Assembly: GCA_964520965.1 (NCBI GenBank) | Contig: CAZFPM010000001.1 | Location: 1-49,048 of the forward strand | Direction of reading: 5' to 3' | From: an uncultured Myxococcales bacterium | Lineage (GTDB): Bacteria > Myxococcota_A > Bradymonadia > REDH01 | Length of the DNA: 49,048 nt | Shown here: positions 1 through 9,091 of the stretch, piece by piece | How positions within the stretch are numbered: position 1 is the first letter of the stretch | How the letters are laid out: every line of letters begins with the position of its first letter | Translations under genes and position numbers: made by a program | Notes under the pieces: model-generated | What the model saw: only the letters and a program-made list of their open reading frames with translations | What the model was told of the DNA's origin: nothing | Databases searched by the model: none

Positions 1-135
1 CTGACCGAAGAGCTCCGGCGTGTAGAGCCGGCTGATGACCGGCATCGCCAACAGTCCGACGACCTGCCCGCCGGCAGTGCCCCCGAACATCGTCGCGACC
101 TGACGGATGAAGCTCTTGCCGCGGGTGGTACTCAT
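1..135 (-). CDS. Polysaccharide flippase (Wzx/MOP-type) N-terminus, partial; continues past window start
   Basis: ATG at 135 on the minus strand, 22 nt after the stop of the 158.. gene. Own translation: MSTTRGKSFIRQVATMFGGTAGGQVVGLLAMPVISRLYTPELFGQ. This is a Gly-rich first TM helix followed by an xRLxxPExFG signature common at Wzx-type N-termini. Only 45 codons are visible, and the ORF is absent from the track because it has no stop in the window. Confidence 0.4.
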   Translation of the reverse strand, partial: MSTTRGKSFIRQVATMFGGTAGGQVVGLLAMPVISRLYTPELFGQ

Positions 136-157
136 CGCGTTCGCGGAGACATCCGGG

Positions 158-904
158 CTAGGCCTCGACCCGAGCCACGAAAAGTGTCTCGTCGCCGGGA
201 ATCCCCAACCGTCGGAGCGCCGCCTGGTGGAGCTCGGCGGCGGCGGTCAGGGCGTCGACGACGAACCCGCTCTCCGCGAGGCGATCGGCGATGTCCGGGC
301 CGTACCATCGGACGTGATCGAACTGGCCGAACCGCCGCGCCCGACTCGCGGCATCTGCGTCAGCCGGATCCTCCACGGTCGGCTCGGCCCGGAGAGGAAC
401 CATGACGAGCGCGACGCCGCCCGGGCTCAACACGCGGCGGAGCTCGGACATCGCCCGTCGGTCGTCCGGTACGTGCTCGAGGACATGGCTGCACACGATC
501 GCGTCGAAGCTCCCATCTTCGAACGGAAGATCGGTGATGTCGGCCGCAACGTCGGCGCGGCCCGGCTCGAGGTCGACGCCGACGTAATGCGCCGCTCCCC
601 GTTCGACCACGCGAGACCGCAGGCAGGGCTCGGGCGCGAAGTGAAGGACCCGTCCGGTCGTCGCCCGCTGCAGCCGCGGCCTGCCCTCGATCAGGGTCCA
701 CAGGAGCCGGGTACGTTCCAACGCCTCGCAGACCGGGCAGAGCGCCGTGGGGCGTGGCGGCTCGCCGTAGGGGATGAAGCGTCGCAGCGACGAACGACAG
801 AGCGGGCAGTAATGGCTTCGTCCGGCATATGCGGCCCGACGTGCCGCTCGCGGCAAGCGGCGGAGCACACGCTGGATCAATGGCCGGCTGGGTCCCGGTG
901 TCAT
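158..904 (-). CDS. Class I SAM-dependent methyltransferase with N-terminal CxxC..CxxC zinc ribbon
   Basis: ORF track 158..961. CPLC and CPVC are followed by VLHFAPEP, DLPFEDGSFDAIVCSHVLEHV and LRRVLSPGGVALVMVP (Methyltransf_11-like motifs). The first codon of the track ORF at 961 is TTG; the first ATG is at 904. The start is uncertain between the two. Confidence 0.8.
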   Translation of the reverse strand: MTPGPSRPLIQRVLRRLPRAARRAAYAGRSHYCPLCRSSLRRFIPYGEPPRPTALCPVCEALERTRLLWTLIEGRPRLQRATTGRVLHFAPEPCLRSRVVERGAAHYVGVDLEPGRADVAADITDLPFEDGSFDAIVCSHVLEHVPDDRRAMSELRRVLSPGGVALVMVPLRAEPTVEDPADADAASRARRFGQFDHVRWYGPDIADRLAESGFVVDALTAAAELHQAALRRLGIPGDETLFVARVEA

Positions 905-1094
905 CTGTTGGCTAGCACCGAAGGAGTGGACGCCCGCGCCGGCCGTTGCCGGGCGGATCAAAGGCCGATGGCTGCGACCCGGGGGTGCACGCGACCGGCG
1001 CTCGCGTACACGGGAAATCGGTCCGCATCATAGTTCGGTTGCCGGTGTCCGAGTCAACGGCCTCGCGTCGTACTCTCACACCTCGCCGAGCTCC

Positions 1095-2021
1095 TCATTG
1101 TCCTCCATCGTCGGGGCTGTCGCCCCGCCGGCCCCCACCGCTCAGCCAGCTCCCGAAGGTGTCGAGCAACGGCTCCGTCGCCCGTTTCACGAACTTCGGA
1201 CTGTACGTCCACGCGAGCGCGACCGGGAACGCCGCCGGACCGCGCGCCCGCCATTCGCCCGCCAGCTGTCGCAGCCGCCCGCGCCACGAGCGGTGCAACG
1301 TGCGCCCGTCGTCGCGGGCGACGCGATAGCCGTAGAGCGCCGTATCCAGCTGCCGGACCTCCGCCGCTCGACATTGCTCCAGCAGGGGCAGCACCAGGCC
1401 GATGTCCGTCGCCCCGGCGAGCCAGTTCCCGTTCGGCCAGCGGACGCGCACCCGGTCCGCGTGCGCCCGATAGTGCCCCAGGCAGAAGCTCCGGGGATGG
1501 TGGGCTCGCCAGCGCGACCAGGCCGTGAGCCCGAGATCGAGCTGCCAGTCGGTATAGGGCCGGTCGTCGTAGGGAAGGGAGCCATCGACGCTTACTCCGC
1601 CGAACGTCATGCGGACCTGCGGATCGCGTTCGTACGCGTCGGCGATGATCGCCAGCGCGTCATCGCGGATCAGCCGGTCGTCACCGTCGACCAGCACCAC
1701 GATGTCGTCGTCGTTCCCGATCTCCGCGATCTCCGCGAGCGCCGTGGCCCTTGCAGCGGCCGGTCCGCCGCGCTCGGTCCGCCGCACGATCGTGAACCGG
1801 GCGTCGTCTTCGAACGCCGCCACGACCCGGTCGACGGCCTCAGATGCCGACGCGTCGTCCACCACGACCGCGTCGAACGGTCGGGTCTGACGGGCGAGGC
1901 TGTCGAGGCACGACGCGAGCTCGTCGGCCGCGCGGTAACACGGCACGACGACGAAGACGCGGAGCGTGGCAGGCGGCGCGGCGGCCACGGTAGCTCCGGG
2001 GTTGGGGGTGGACGCCGTCAT
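1095..2021 (-). CDS. Family 2 glycosyltransferase (soluble GT-A fold)
   Basis: ATG at 2021. VFVVVPCYRAADELASCLDSLARQT...AVVVDDASAS...VVLVDGDD are classic GT2 N-terminal and DxD motifs. No C-terminal TM segment. Confidence 0.85.
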   Translation of the reverse strand: MTASTPNPGATVAAAPPATLRVFVVVPCYRAADELASCLDSLARQTRPFDAVVVDDASASEAVDRVVAAFEDDARFTIVRRTERGGPAAARATALAEIAEIGNDDDIVVLVDGDDRLIRDDALAIIADAYERDPQVRMTFGGVSVDGSLPYDDRPYTDWQLDLGLTAWSRWRAHHPRSFCLGHYRAHADRVRVRWPNGNWLAGATDIGLVLPLLEQCRAAEVRQLDTALYGYRVARDDGRTLHRSWRGRLRQLAGEWRARGPAAFPVALAWTYSPKFVKRATEPLLDTFGSWLSGGGRRGDSPDDGGQ

Positions 2022-2068
2022 GGACTACTCGGAGCCGGGCGCCGTCCGGGGGCGCTCTCCGGCGCTCG

Positions 2069-3958
2069 TCATCGGTACCCCGGGTCGACCGGAAGATCCA
2101 CCACGCGGTAGACGCGCAGCTCCCCGAAACGGGCCGCCTCGCGCACGAGCCTCCGCGGTTCCCAGGCAGCGATCAGCCGCGACACGTGGTCGTCGCCCGG
2201 CGCCAGCACGAACCAGACCACGCCTTCGTCGACGTAATCGAGCAGGCGCGAGGGCGGCGCACGGAGCATCGCTTCGCGCCGCTCCAGCCGTTCGATCGGG
2301 TGCCCCAATGCCACGGCCCGGTGCTCCGTCCACGGCGTGGAGACCCCGCCCCATTGCGCGTATCCGAACGACGCACGGAACGACTCGCGGTACACGATCT
2401 CGTGCGGACCGACGTTCCGGCGCAACCAGTCCAGGGCGGCCAGATCGTCGGCCTCGAGGGTGACGGCCTCGCGCGCGAAACGCTCCCGGACGTCGTGGGC
2501 CGACGGCCCGACGAACGACCACCAATAGAGTCCCGATCCCATGAGGCCGACGAAGACGAACGCGGCCGCCGACCACGCCGCTGCGCGCGGCGCTCCGGGT
2601 GCGCCCAACCGAGCGAGCAGGCCCGCCGCTCCGATCCCCAGGCCGATCTGCGCGACGGTCGAGAACTTCACGATGTCCCAGATGCCGAGCTCGTGCGCGT
2701 AGCCGAAACACATCACGATCCCGATCCCGCCGGCGACCAGGAACGCGATCATCCACCGCTCCCTGGCCAGTACGAAGACGCCGAGCAGACCGAGGCAGAG
2801 GTTGCCGCCGTAGGTCGCGATCATCCATCGGAGGTTGCCGGCCAGAGAATCCGTCTGGCCCAGCGACACGCCCACCATCGTTGCGCCGCCCGGGGCCTCG
2901 GCCAACATGCCGCCGACGAAACTCGCGAGCACGATCACGACCGCCGGCACCGCCGCGTAGAGCAGCGCGTTGCGCATCCCGGTCCGCCGGGTCTCCACCG
3001 CCTCGGCGACCACCGTCGCCCCGGCCGCCGAAAGGAACAACCCGAACTGCCCGATCGTGAGGCCGAGCAAGAGCAGCCCGAGCAGGAGTCGTCGCGCCAC
3101 CGCCGACCCCTCCTCCCGCGTCGCGAACACCAGGAGCGCCGTCACGAAGATCGGGATCCCCAGCGTCCACGGGTGCTGGAAGAAATACGAGAGCACCGGC
3201 GGATTGATCAGCGCTCCGTCGACCGAGCACCAGCTGACGGCCTGGCAATAGGCGCAATCGGCGGGCGGGTCACAGAGCTGCGGCAGGCCGCCGCACAGGA
3301 GCGCCAGCGGCGCCGCGGTCCAGCCCCACCGTCGGCCGGCGATCCGCTCGCCGAGTACCCAGAGCAGGCAGAACGAACCGAACCAACAGACCAGTGTCAC
3401 CGCGTCGATGGCCCGATCGACCCGCAGACGCGTCAGCGCCATCACCGCTGCCGTCAGCGTGTTGAATCCGTAGTGGTATCGCAGCTCGTGCTCGGGGAAC
3501 GTGATGTACGTCGGCGGGTAGGAACCGTTGAGGATCCGCGATGCCGTCGACATGTGCCCGTAGAACTGGATCTCGTCGTGAAACGCCCAACCGAGAGCCA
3601 TCGGCGCGATGAGGGCCGTCGCCGCCGCGGCCCCGAGCCACATCCAGCGGCTCGGACCCTCGCCCGTCCCTGGTGGCGGCGCGCGTCGTCCGGAGCGACG
3701 TAACGCGTAGATACCGAGTCCGGCGAACGAGGCCACCACCGTGCCGGACCACAAGCCGAGCGTGAACGAGCGGTAGAGGTACGCGGCGGCGTGCACCGAC
3801 CACACCCAGACCGACAGCGACACGCCGAAGGTCGCGACCACGCGCACCGCCCGGTCCGTCGTCGCCCGGGCGACCAGCTCATGGGCCAGCAGAACGATGC
3901 CGGGCAGGGCCAACACGAGGACGACGCACGCCACCGGCGTCGGGTTGGGGACGGTCAT
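2069..3958 (-). CDS. Large polytopic membrane protein with C-terminal soluble domain, unknown family (possible GT-C-like or polymerase-like)
   Basis: 629 aa with many hydrophobic helices over about 470 aa, then a soluble tail. ATG at 3958 overlaps the upstream stop as ATGA. Third-position G+C is high. No motif I can name. Confidence 0.65.
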   Translation of the reverse strand: MTVPNPTPVACVVLVLALPGIVLLAHELVARATTDRAVRVVATFGVSLSVWVWSVHAAAYLYRSFTLGLWSGTVVASFAGLGIYALRRSGRRAPPPGTGEGPSRWMWLGAAAATALIAPMALGWAFHDEIQFYGHMSTASRILNGSYPPTYITFPEHELRYHYGFNTLTAAVMALTRLRVDRAIDAVTLVCWFGSFCLLWVLGERIAGRRWGWTAAPLALLCGGLPQLCDPPADCAYCQAVSWCSVDGALINPPVLSYFFQHPWTLGIPIFVTALLVFATREEGSAVARRLLLGLLLLGLTIGQFGLFLSAAGATVVAEAVETRRTGMRNALLYAAVPAVVIVLASFVGGMLAEAPGGATMVGVSLGQTDSLAGNLRWMIATYGGNLCLGLLGVFVLARERWMIAFLVAGGIGIVMCFGYAHELGIWDIVKFSTVAQIGLGIGAAGLLARLGAPGAPRAAAWSAAAFVFVGLMGSGLYWWSFVGPSAHDVRERFAREAVTLEADDLAALDWLRRNVGPHEIVYRESFRASFGYAQWGGVSTPWTEHRAVALGHPIERLERREAMLRAPPSRLLDYVDEGVVWFVLAPGDDHVSRLIAAWEPRRLVREAARFGELRVYRVVDLPVDPGYR

Positions 3959-4929
3959 CCGCTCCCCGTCTCGTCGCGACCGGGAGCGGCGGGTGCGTCA
4001 CCCAGCTCACCGGCGCAGGCGACGACTGCTTCCCAACCGCCGACCCAGCGCCACACCGGCCGGCGAGTGCGGGGTCCGCGCAACAACATCTCGAGCCGCG
4101 ACGGGCTCTTGAGGAGCGAGGCCGCCAGGGTTCGGCCCGGCGCGTCCGCCCATTCGGTCTCGACGATCGACGGCCGTGAGGCGATCAGCTCCGCGTCCAG
4201 GCCATACGTCTCGACGACGCCGCCCCAGAAGGGCGCGCCGATGTCGTGGACGTGGCCCGGGAAGGTCAGATCCACCCCCGGGACCACCCCGACGAGCGGC
4301 GCCCACCACGGGGTGCGCGCGTAGAAGATCGCCCCGGGGCCGGCGAGGGAGAACAGGCGGGTCATCGTTCCGTGGAGATCCGGTACGTGCTCCAGGATCG
4401 CGCTGGCGATCACGATGTCGAAGCGACCGGTCAGATCGGCGAGGTCGCCGGTGCGCTGGATGCGGATCTCCTGCCGCGGCGGATCAGCCGGCTCTGCGTG
4501 GTCGACGAGCTCGATGTCCACCCGTCCGACTCCGCGCTCGGCGACGAGCAGCTCCGCGATGCCGATCGAGACGGCGCCATCGCCGCCTCCGAAGTCCACG
4601 ATTCGGGCCGCCGGTCGCCCGAAGAACGACCCGAGCTCGTCGGCGATGCGGCGAGACAGGCGGCTGACGCCCGAGAAGGTCACGTGGGCGCCCTCGGTAT
4701 CGTCGTAGTACTGGCCGTAATAGCGCTCGAGCGTTTCCGGCGTCGGCATCCACGACGCGGAGCCGATTCCGCAGGCACCGCAGATCAGCAGGTCGATATC
4801 CGGGTCCCGCTGGATCGCGTGCGCCGACCGCCGGGGCGCCGTCGACAGGCAGGCTGGACACGCAGCCCGTGCGTCGACGAGTTCCTCCTCCGTCAGGTGT
4901 CGGCTCTCGTGGAATGGCGTGGAGCGCAT
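3955..4929 (-). CDS. Class I SAM-dependent methyltransferase with N-terminal Cys4 zinc ribbon
   Basis: Internal ATG at 4929 of track ORF 3955..5688. Everything upstream overlaps the real gene 4931..6760 in another frame. CPAC..CGAC are followed by IVDFGGGDGAVSI (motif I) and DIVIASAILEHVPD. Confidence 0.8.
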   Translation of the reverse strand: MRSTPFHESRHLTEEELVDARAACPACLSTAPRRSAHAIQRDPDIDLLICGACGIGSASWMPTPETLERYYGQYYDDTEGAHVTFSGVSRLSRRIADELGSFFGRPAARIVDFGGGDGAVSIGIAELLVAERGVGRVDIELVDHAEPADPPRQEIRIQRTGDLADLTGRFDIVIASAILEHVPDLHGTMTRLFSLAGPGAIFYARTPWWAPLVGVVPGVDLTFPGHVHDIGAPFWGGVVETYGLDAELIASRPSIVETEWADAPGRTLAASLLKSPSRLEMLLRGPRTRRPVWRWVGGWEAVVACAGELGDAPAAPGRDETGSG

Positions 4930-4930
4930 G

Positions 4931-6760
4931 TCAGGGAACCGCGGGGAGGGCGAAGCGGAGCGCGGCTTCCCGACCGGCGGGAAGCTCGATCCGGTCGCGG
5001 AGCAATACCTGTTCGTCGCCGTCGCTGTCACCTTCGCCGCGCTCGAGCGTGACCTCGAGAACCACGGCGCACGCGGGAAGCGGCCCGACCGGGATCGACT
5101 CGAAGCCGTCGACCGCGCCCGGGGGTCGCGACGCACCGGCGATCCACCCGAAGCCACCCGGCCAGCCAGCGCGAACCACCATGGTGCGGCGCGTGGCGGC
5201 CTCGGGCGGCGTCGTCTCGACCATCGCGTCCGCCGGCCTCGGGGCGAAGTGATCGAGCCCGCGCTGCACGTATCCGCAGTCGCGCAACATGGCCCGTTGC
5301 GCCGCATCAGCGCCGACCACGAGCGCCGAGTCGAAGCGCAGGCCCTCGGCGACGATGCGTTGTCGGAGCAGGACGCGCTGTCGCTCGCAGTTCGGGTTCT
5401 GCTCGCAGTCGAGGAATCGGTAGACGAAGAGTGGGGGCGCGGTCGGGCTGTCGTCGCCGAACCCGACGTCACGAACGCTGTGGATCGCCGCGCTGAACGC
5501 CGGCAGGTGGTTCGACGTTCCGCCGTTGGCCAGCGCGTACTTGGCGACGTGGAGGAGCGGGGTGATGTGCCGATTGGTCGGGACTGCGCCCGCATCGATG
5601 ACGACCTCCATCGCCCGTCCGGGCGGCTCGTCGCCGAGCGCGGCGATGGCGTTGGCCACGCGGTCACCGGCGGGAAGGAGCCCGGCAAGCGTCGACGCGA
5701 GGTAGGCCGCGATCACGCCGGTCGTCAGCCACAACGTGACACGCGGGCGCGCTCCCCAGCCGGTCCACGCCCCGGCGACGACGACCGCCGGGACCAGCAT
5801 CCGGGGCTGGGCGTACGCCCAACCCAACCCGTGGAACGGGATGCCGAAGTAGCCGACGAGCCAGAGCCCGCTCACCGCCAGCACCGCTCGTCCCCCGCAC
5901 CGGCCCTCGCCGAACCCGGCGCGTTGGCAGACGCACGCGAACAAGGCGAGCACGACGAGGGGACCAAGCGACGTGAATCCGCCGAAGGCCAACGTTCCGA
6001 TCCCGGTGAGCTGCTCTGTCCACTCGAGCCGCTGGATCGAGAGACCGGCCGACAGCCCGCCCGCGGCGTACCCGGCCTGGGCGACGCCGGCCACCCAGAG
6101 GGCGTAGGCGCCCGCCGGCACACCTGCGAGGATCGCCGACCCGGTGCGCCGGAGCGGGTTCCCGGCTGCCGGGTGCAACGCCGCGAGCAGCAGCACGTGC
6201 AACCCGAACATCCCGGCCACGATCACGTGGGCGTACGCCGTCAGGAGCAGCCACCCCGCGAGGGCGATCCACGACGTGGGGCGCCGGACGCGGAACGCGC
6301 GCAGCGCTTGGGCGACGGCGAACAGCCCGCACGTGATCGCCACCGCGAAGTTGGCGAACCCCATCGCGGAGTAGAAGGTCTGTGTCGCCGCGATCCCGAA
6401 CAGCAATCCCAGGGGACGCCGGTCGCCGAGCTCCCGGCCGATCGCGAAGAAGCCACCGGCCGTGGCTCCGGCGACGAGGGTGAGGGCAAGGCGGATGGCC
6501 GGGTCGAGTCCGAACCCGGCCAGCGCCGCCGTCAGCCAGACGAAGCACTGCGAGGTCAGGGGGACGTTCGTCTCGACGAGGCCGGTCCAACGGCCGGGAT
6601 CGTGGAGCACCGCGGCGAAAAACGCGTGCGAAGGCAGGTCCGTTCCGGGCACCGCGGCCGGCGACCAGATGCAGGCCAGCGCGAGCACACCGAGCGCCGC
6701 CGCCGCTACCGAGTAGCTGGCTGTCGACGGACCGCGATCGGCGGCACCGAGGGGGGTCAT
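4931..6760 (-). CDS. Polytopic membrane protein with about 230-aa C-terminal soluble domain, unknown family
   Basis: ATG at 6760 (MTPLGAADRG...), in frame with track ORF 4931..6910. The longer version would run into the uxs gene. About 12 predicted TM helices. The stop lies 1 nt before the next start. Confidence 0.65.
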   Translation of the reverse strand: MTPLGAADRGPSTASYSVAAAALGVLALACIWSPAAVPGTDLPSHAFFAAVLHDPGRWTGLVETNVPLTSQCFVWLTAALAGFGLDPAIRLALTLVAGATAGGFFAIGRELGDRRPLGLLFGIAATQTFYSAMGFANFAVAITCGLFAVAQALRAFRVRRPTSWIALAGWLLLTAYAHVIVAGMFGLHVLLLAALHPAAGNPLRRTGSAILAGVPAGAYALWVAGVAQAGYAAGGLSAGLSIQRLEWTEQLTGIGTLAFGGFTSLGPLVVLALFACVCQRAGFGEGRCGGRAVLAVSGLWLVGYFGIPFHGLGWAYAQPRMLVPAVVVAGAWTGWGARPRVTLWLTTGVIAAYLASTLAGLLPAGDRVANAIAALGDEPPGRAMEVVIDAGAVPTNRHITPLLHVAKYALANGGTSNHLPAFSAAIHSVRDVGFGDDSPTAPPLFVYRFLDCEQNPNCERQRVLLRQRIVAEGLRFDSALVVGADAAQRAMLRDCGYVQRGLDHFAPRPADAMVETTPPEAATRRTMVVRAGWPGGFGWIAGASRPPGAVDGFESIPVGPLPACAVVLEVTLERGEGDSDGDEQVLLRDRIELPAGREAALRFALPAVP

Positions 6761-6770
6761 GCGTCGGACG

Positions 6771-7748
6771 TCAAGGCTCGTCCACCGTGCGCCAATCCGT
6801 CTGACCGGCGATCTCCGGGTGGGAGAGGGTCTCGTCGAAATAGGCCACCGTGCGCGACAGGCCGTCGCGGAGCGTGATCGTCGGCTCCCAATCCAGCAAC
6901 GCTCGCGCACGACTGATGTCCGGTCGCCGTCGCACCGGGTCGTCGGCCGGCAACGGCTCGTGGACGATCCGCGACCCCGTTCCGGTCAGATCGATGACGG
7001 TCTCGGCGAGCTCGAGCATCGAGATCTCGGCAGGGTTCCCCAGGTTGAGCGGCCCGGTCGATTCGTCCTGGTCCATGAAGCCGGTCAGGCCGTCGATCAG
7101 GTCGTCCACGAAGCAGAACGACCGGGTCTGCTCGCCAGACCCGTAGACCGTCAACGACTCACCGCGCAATGCTTGGACGATGAAGTTCGAGACGACGCGA
7201 CCGTCGTCGATGCGCATGCGCGGCCCATACGTGTTGAAGAGTCGCGCGACCCGGATCTCGACGCCGTTCTGACGGTGGTAGTCGAAACACAACGTCTCGG
7301 AGACGCGCTTGCCCTCGTCGTAGCACGCGCGCAGTCCGATCGGGTTCACGTTGCCCCAGTACTCCTCGGTCTGCGGATGTTCCGAAGGGTCCCCGTAGAC
7401 CTCGCTCGTGGAAGCCTGCAACAGCCGCCCCCGAACCCGCTTCGCCAGACCCAGCGCATTGAGCGTCCCCATGACGCTCGTCTTCACCGTCTTGACCGGG
7501 TTGTACTGGTAGTGAACCGGCGACGCGGGACACGCCAGGTTGAAGATGCGGTCGACCTCGATGAGCATCGGCTTCGTCACGTCATGACGAACGAGCTCGA
7601 ACTCCGGATGCCCCACGATCCCGGCGACATTCGCCTTGCGCCCCGTGAAGAAGTTGTCGAGGCAGATCACCTCGTGACCTTCCGCCAACAAGCGCTCGCA
7701 AAGATGTGAGCCGATGAATCCGGCTCCGCCGGTTACAAGATAGCGCAT
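6771..7748 (-). CDS. uxs: UDP-glucuronate decarboxylase (UDP-xylose synthase), extended SDR
   Basis: [41 protein letters not shown]..., SEVYG and YDEGKR match the UXS/ArnA-C family closely. About 325 aa, typical for the family. Confidence 0.92.
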   Translation of the reverse strand: MRYLVTGGAGFIGSHLCERLLAEGHEVICLDNFFTGRKANVAGIVGHPEFELVRHDVTKPMLIEVDRIFNLACPASPVHYQYNPVKTVKTSVMGTLNALGLAKRVRGRLLQASTSEVYGDPSEHPQTEEYWGNVNPIGLRACYDEGKRVSETLCFDYHRQNGVEIRVARLFNTYGPRMRIDDGRVVSNFIVQALRGESLTVYGSGEQTRSFCFVDDLIDGLTGFMDQDESTGPLNLGNPAEISMLELAETVIDLTGTGSRIVHEPLPADDPVRRRPDISRARALLDWEPTITLRDGLSRTVAYFDETLSHPEIAGQTDWRTVDEP

Positions 7749-7809
7749 CGTCTTGATTCAGGGTTCGGGCAGAGGCGGATAGGGGACCGCGCAGAAGCGG
7801 AGTAGGGCT

Positions 7810-7874
7810 CACGCAAAGGCGCAAAGGGGGGGGGCACGCAAAGGCGCAAAGGGGGTCACGCAAAGGCGCAAAGG
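7810..7874. repeat. Three copies of 18-bp unit CACGCAAAGGCGCAAAGG separated by G-runs
   Basis: Copies start at 7810, 7835 and 7857. Each is itself a doublet of GCAAAGG. The unit is the exact reverse complement of the core of the 8134-8270 array. Confidence 0.9.
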
Positions 7875-8133
7875 TCTTTTCGGGCTCGGGAAACAGCGCC
7901 GGGGCGCGGCTTATCGGGCGTATCTTCCAGTGCGCGCGCCACACTACCACACCGCCACCCCGATCGCGCATCCCCCCAGGGGGATCGCAAAGTCGAGGGT
8001 CTTGGGTTGCCTCAGGGGTGTAGACCGGCTCTGCGAGCCGGGGGCGAGATAGGATCTCGCCCTTGATGGCGGATGGCCCGGACTTTGCGGCCGCCCTGCG
8101 CATCCCCCCAAAACCAATCCTTAGCGCCTTGAC

Positions 8134-8270
8134 GCCTTTGCGTGAACCTGCCCGCCCTTTGCGCCTTTGCGCCTTTGCGTGAACCTGCCCGCCCTTTGCG
8201 CTCTTTGCGCCTTTGCGTGAACCTGCCCGCCCTTTGCGCTCTTTGCGCCTTTGCGTGAACCTGCCCCCCG
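8134..8270. repeat. About 3.5 copies of a 37-38-bp tandem unit (GCCTTTGCGTGAACCTGCCCGCCCTTTGCGCYYTTTGC)
   Basis: Units start at 8134, 8171, 8209 and 8247. Each junction carries CCTTTGCGCCTTTGCGTG, the inverted copy of the left-hand 18-mer. There are no unique spacers. Confidence 0.9.
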
Positions 8271-8278
8271 CCCCCCCA

Positions 8279-9091
8279 TCACCGGAGGATCTTCTCCCCC
8301 ACCAGGTAGAAGAGATGGCTGAACACGTAGCGCACGGGCGTCGGGATCACCGGCAGGTCCTCGATTCGCGACAAGACCCGCAACCCCCAGGGCTTCTGCC
8401 CCGACCGGTAGATGTCTTCGATCGGCGCTTCCCAGTCGAAGTCCTCCACGACGTTCCCGCCACTCAGATGCAGTCGGACATCACGGAATCCTGGGGGGTC
8501 CGGCCACCAGGGCATGTCGAGCAGCCCGAAGTCCGTCGGCTCCAACCCGAGCGAGCGGTAGGTCTTTCGAACCCGGCGCGGGAAGAAGTATGCGGTCTCA
8601 CCGTGATTCCACTCCAGGGAAAGCGCGCGGTGCAGGAAGCGGTGCCACGGGTAGCCCCAGTTGTACCCGTTGCAGTGCACCGTCATCACATGGCGCCGCG
8701 ACGTACGCGTCATCTCGGCCATCACCGCGCCGAAGTCGGGCCGGAATCCGACCGTCACGAAGTTCCAGACCAGGTCGAAGGAGTCCGGCTCCAGCCCGGT
8801 CGCCCGCGGATCGTCGCCCTCGACCGGGGTGCACATGTGCGACAGGCCCAGCCGATCCCACATCGCCAGCGCCTGCGGGTCGGGGTCGAACAGGTGCACG
8901 TGCACGCCCGCCCGTGCAAGCGCGAGGCTGTAGATGCCGGGCATGGCCTTCGCACCGTCGGCCGGGAGCTCCAGCGCGGTCTCGATCCCATGCTGGCGCA
9001 CCAGGCGCGTCAACGCCTTGTCGAGCCGCATCCTGTCGTAGGTGATGCCGAAGGGTTCGCGCTGCAGCCGCGGGGTCGTTGGCTCTGTCAT
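8279..9091 (-). CDS. Methyltransferase-fold protein (degenerate motif I), function uncertain
   Basis: ATG at 9091 inside track ORF 8279..9907 (MTEPTTPRLQ...). It forms an ATGA overlap with the stop of the epimerase gene. LELPADGAKAMPG...VHVHLFDPD...FDLVWNF resembles a class I MTase core, but the glycine-rich loop is poor. Confidence 0.55.
   Translation of the reverse strand: MTEPTTPRLQREPFGITYDRMRLDKALTRLVRQHGIETALELPADGAKAMPGIYSLALARAGVHVHLFDPDPQALAMWDRLGLSHMCTPVEGDDPRATGLEPDSFDLVWNFVTVGFRPDFGAVMAEMTRTSRRHVMTVHCNGYNWGYPWHRFLHRALSLEWNHGETAYFFPRRVRKTYRSLGLEPTDFGLLDMPWWPDPPGFRDVRLHLSGGNVVEDFDWEAPIEDIYRSGQKPWGLRVLSRIEDLPVIPTPVRYVFSHLFYLVGEKILR

Noticed and set aside
3955-5688. N-terminal extensions of track ORFs: 3955..5688, 4931..6910, 8279..9907, 19410..20174, 21247..22860, 23264..24499, 38590..40056, 40013..42670, 41776..43917, 43550..45094, 44578..46674.
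   Set aside because: The extended parts overlap the neighbouring real gene and are Arg/Pro-rich. They end exactly where an internal ATG/GTG gives a signal peptide, a conserved N-terminus or a 4-nt start-stop overlap. Shorter coordinates were used.
7907-8086. RNase P RNA-like strings: AAAGTCCGGGC (minus strand, 8076-8086) and CGGCTTATCGG (plus strand, 7907-7917).
   Set aside because: The two motifs are on opposite strands. The region is too short, and the other universally conserved RNase P blocks are absent. This is a coincidental match.
8066-8182. 38-codon ATG ORF inside the repeat-bracketed core (MADGPDFAAALRIPPKPILSALTPLRE...).
   Set aside because: It runs into the tandem repeat, has no RBS and shows no coding-like third-position bias.
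8134-8270. Possible CRISPR array (regular repeats of about 38 bp).
   Set aside because: The repeats are directly abutting with no unique spacers, no leader and no cas genes. This is a tandem repeat, not a CRISPR array.
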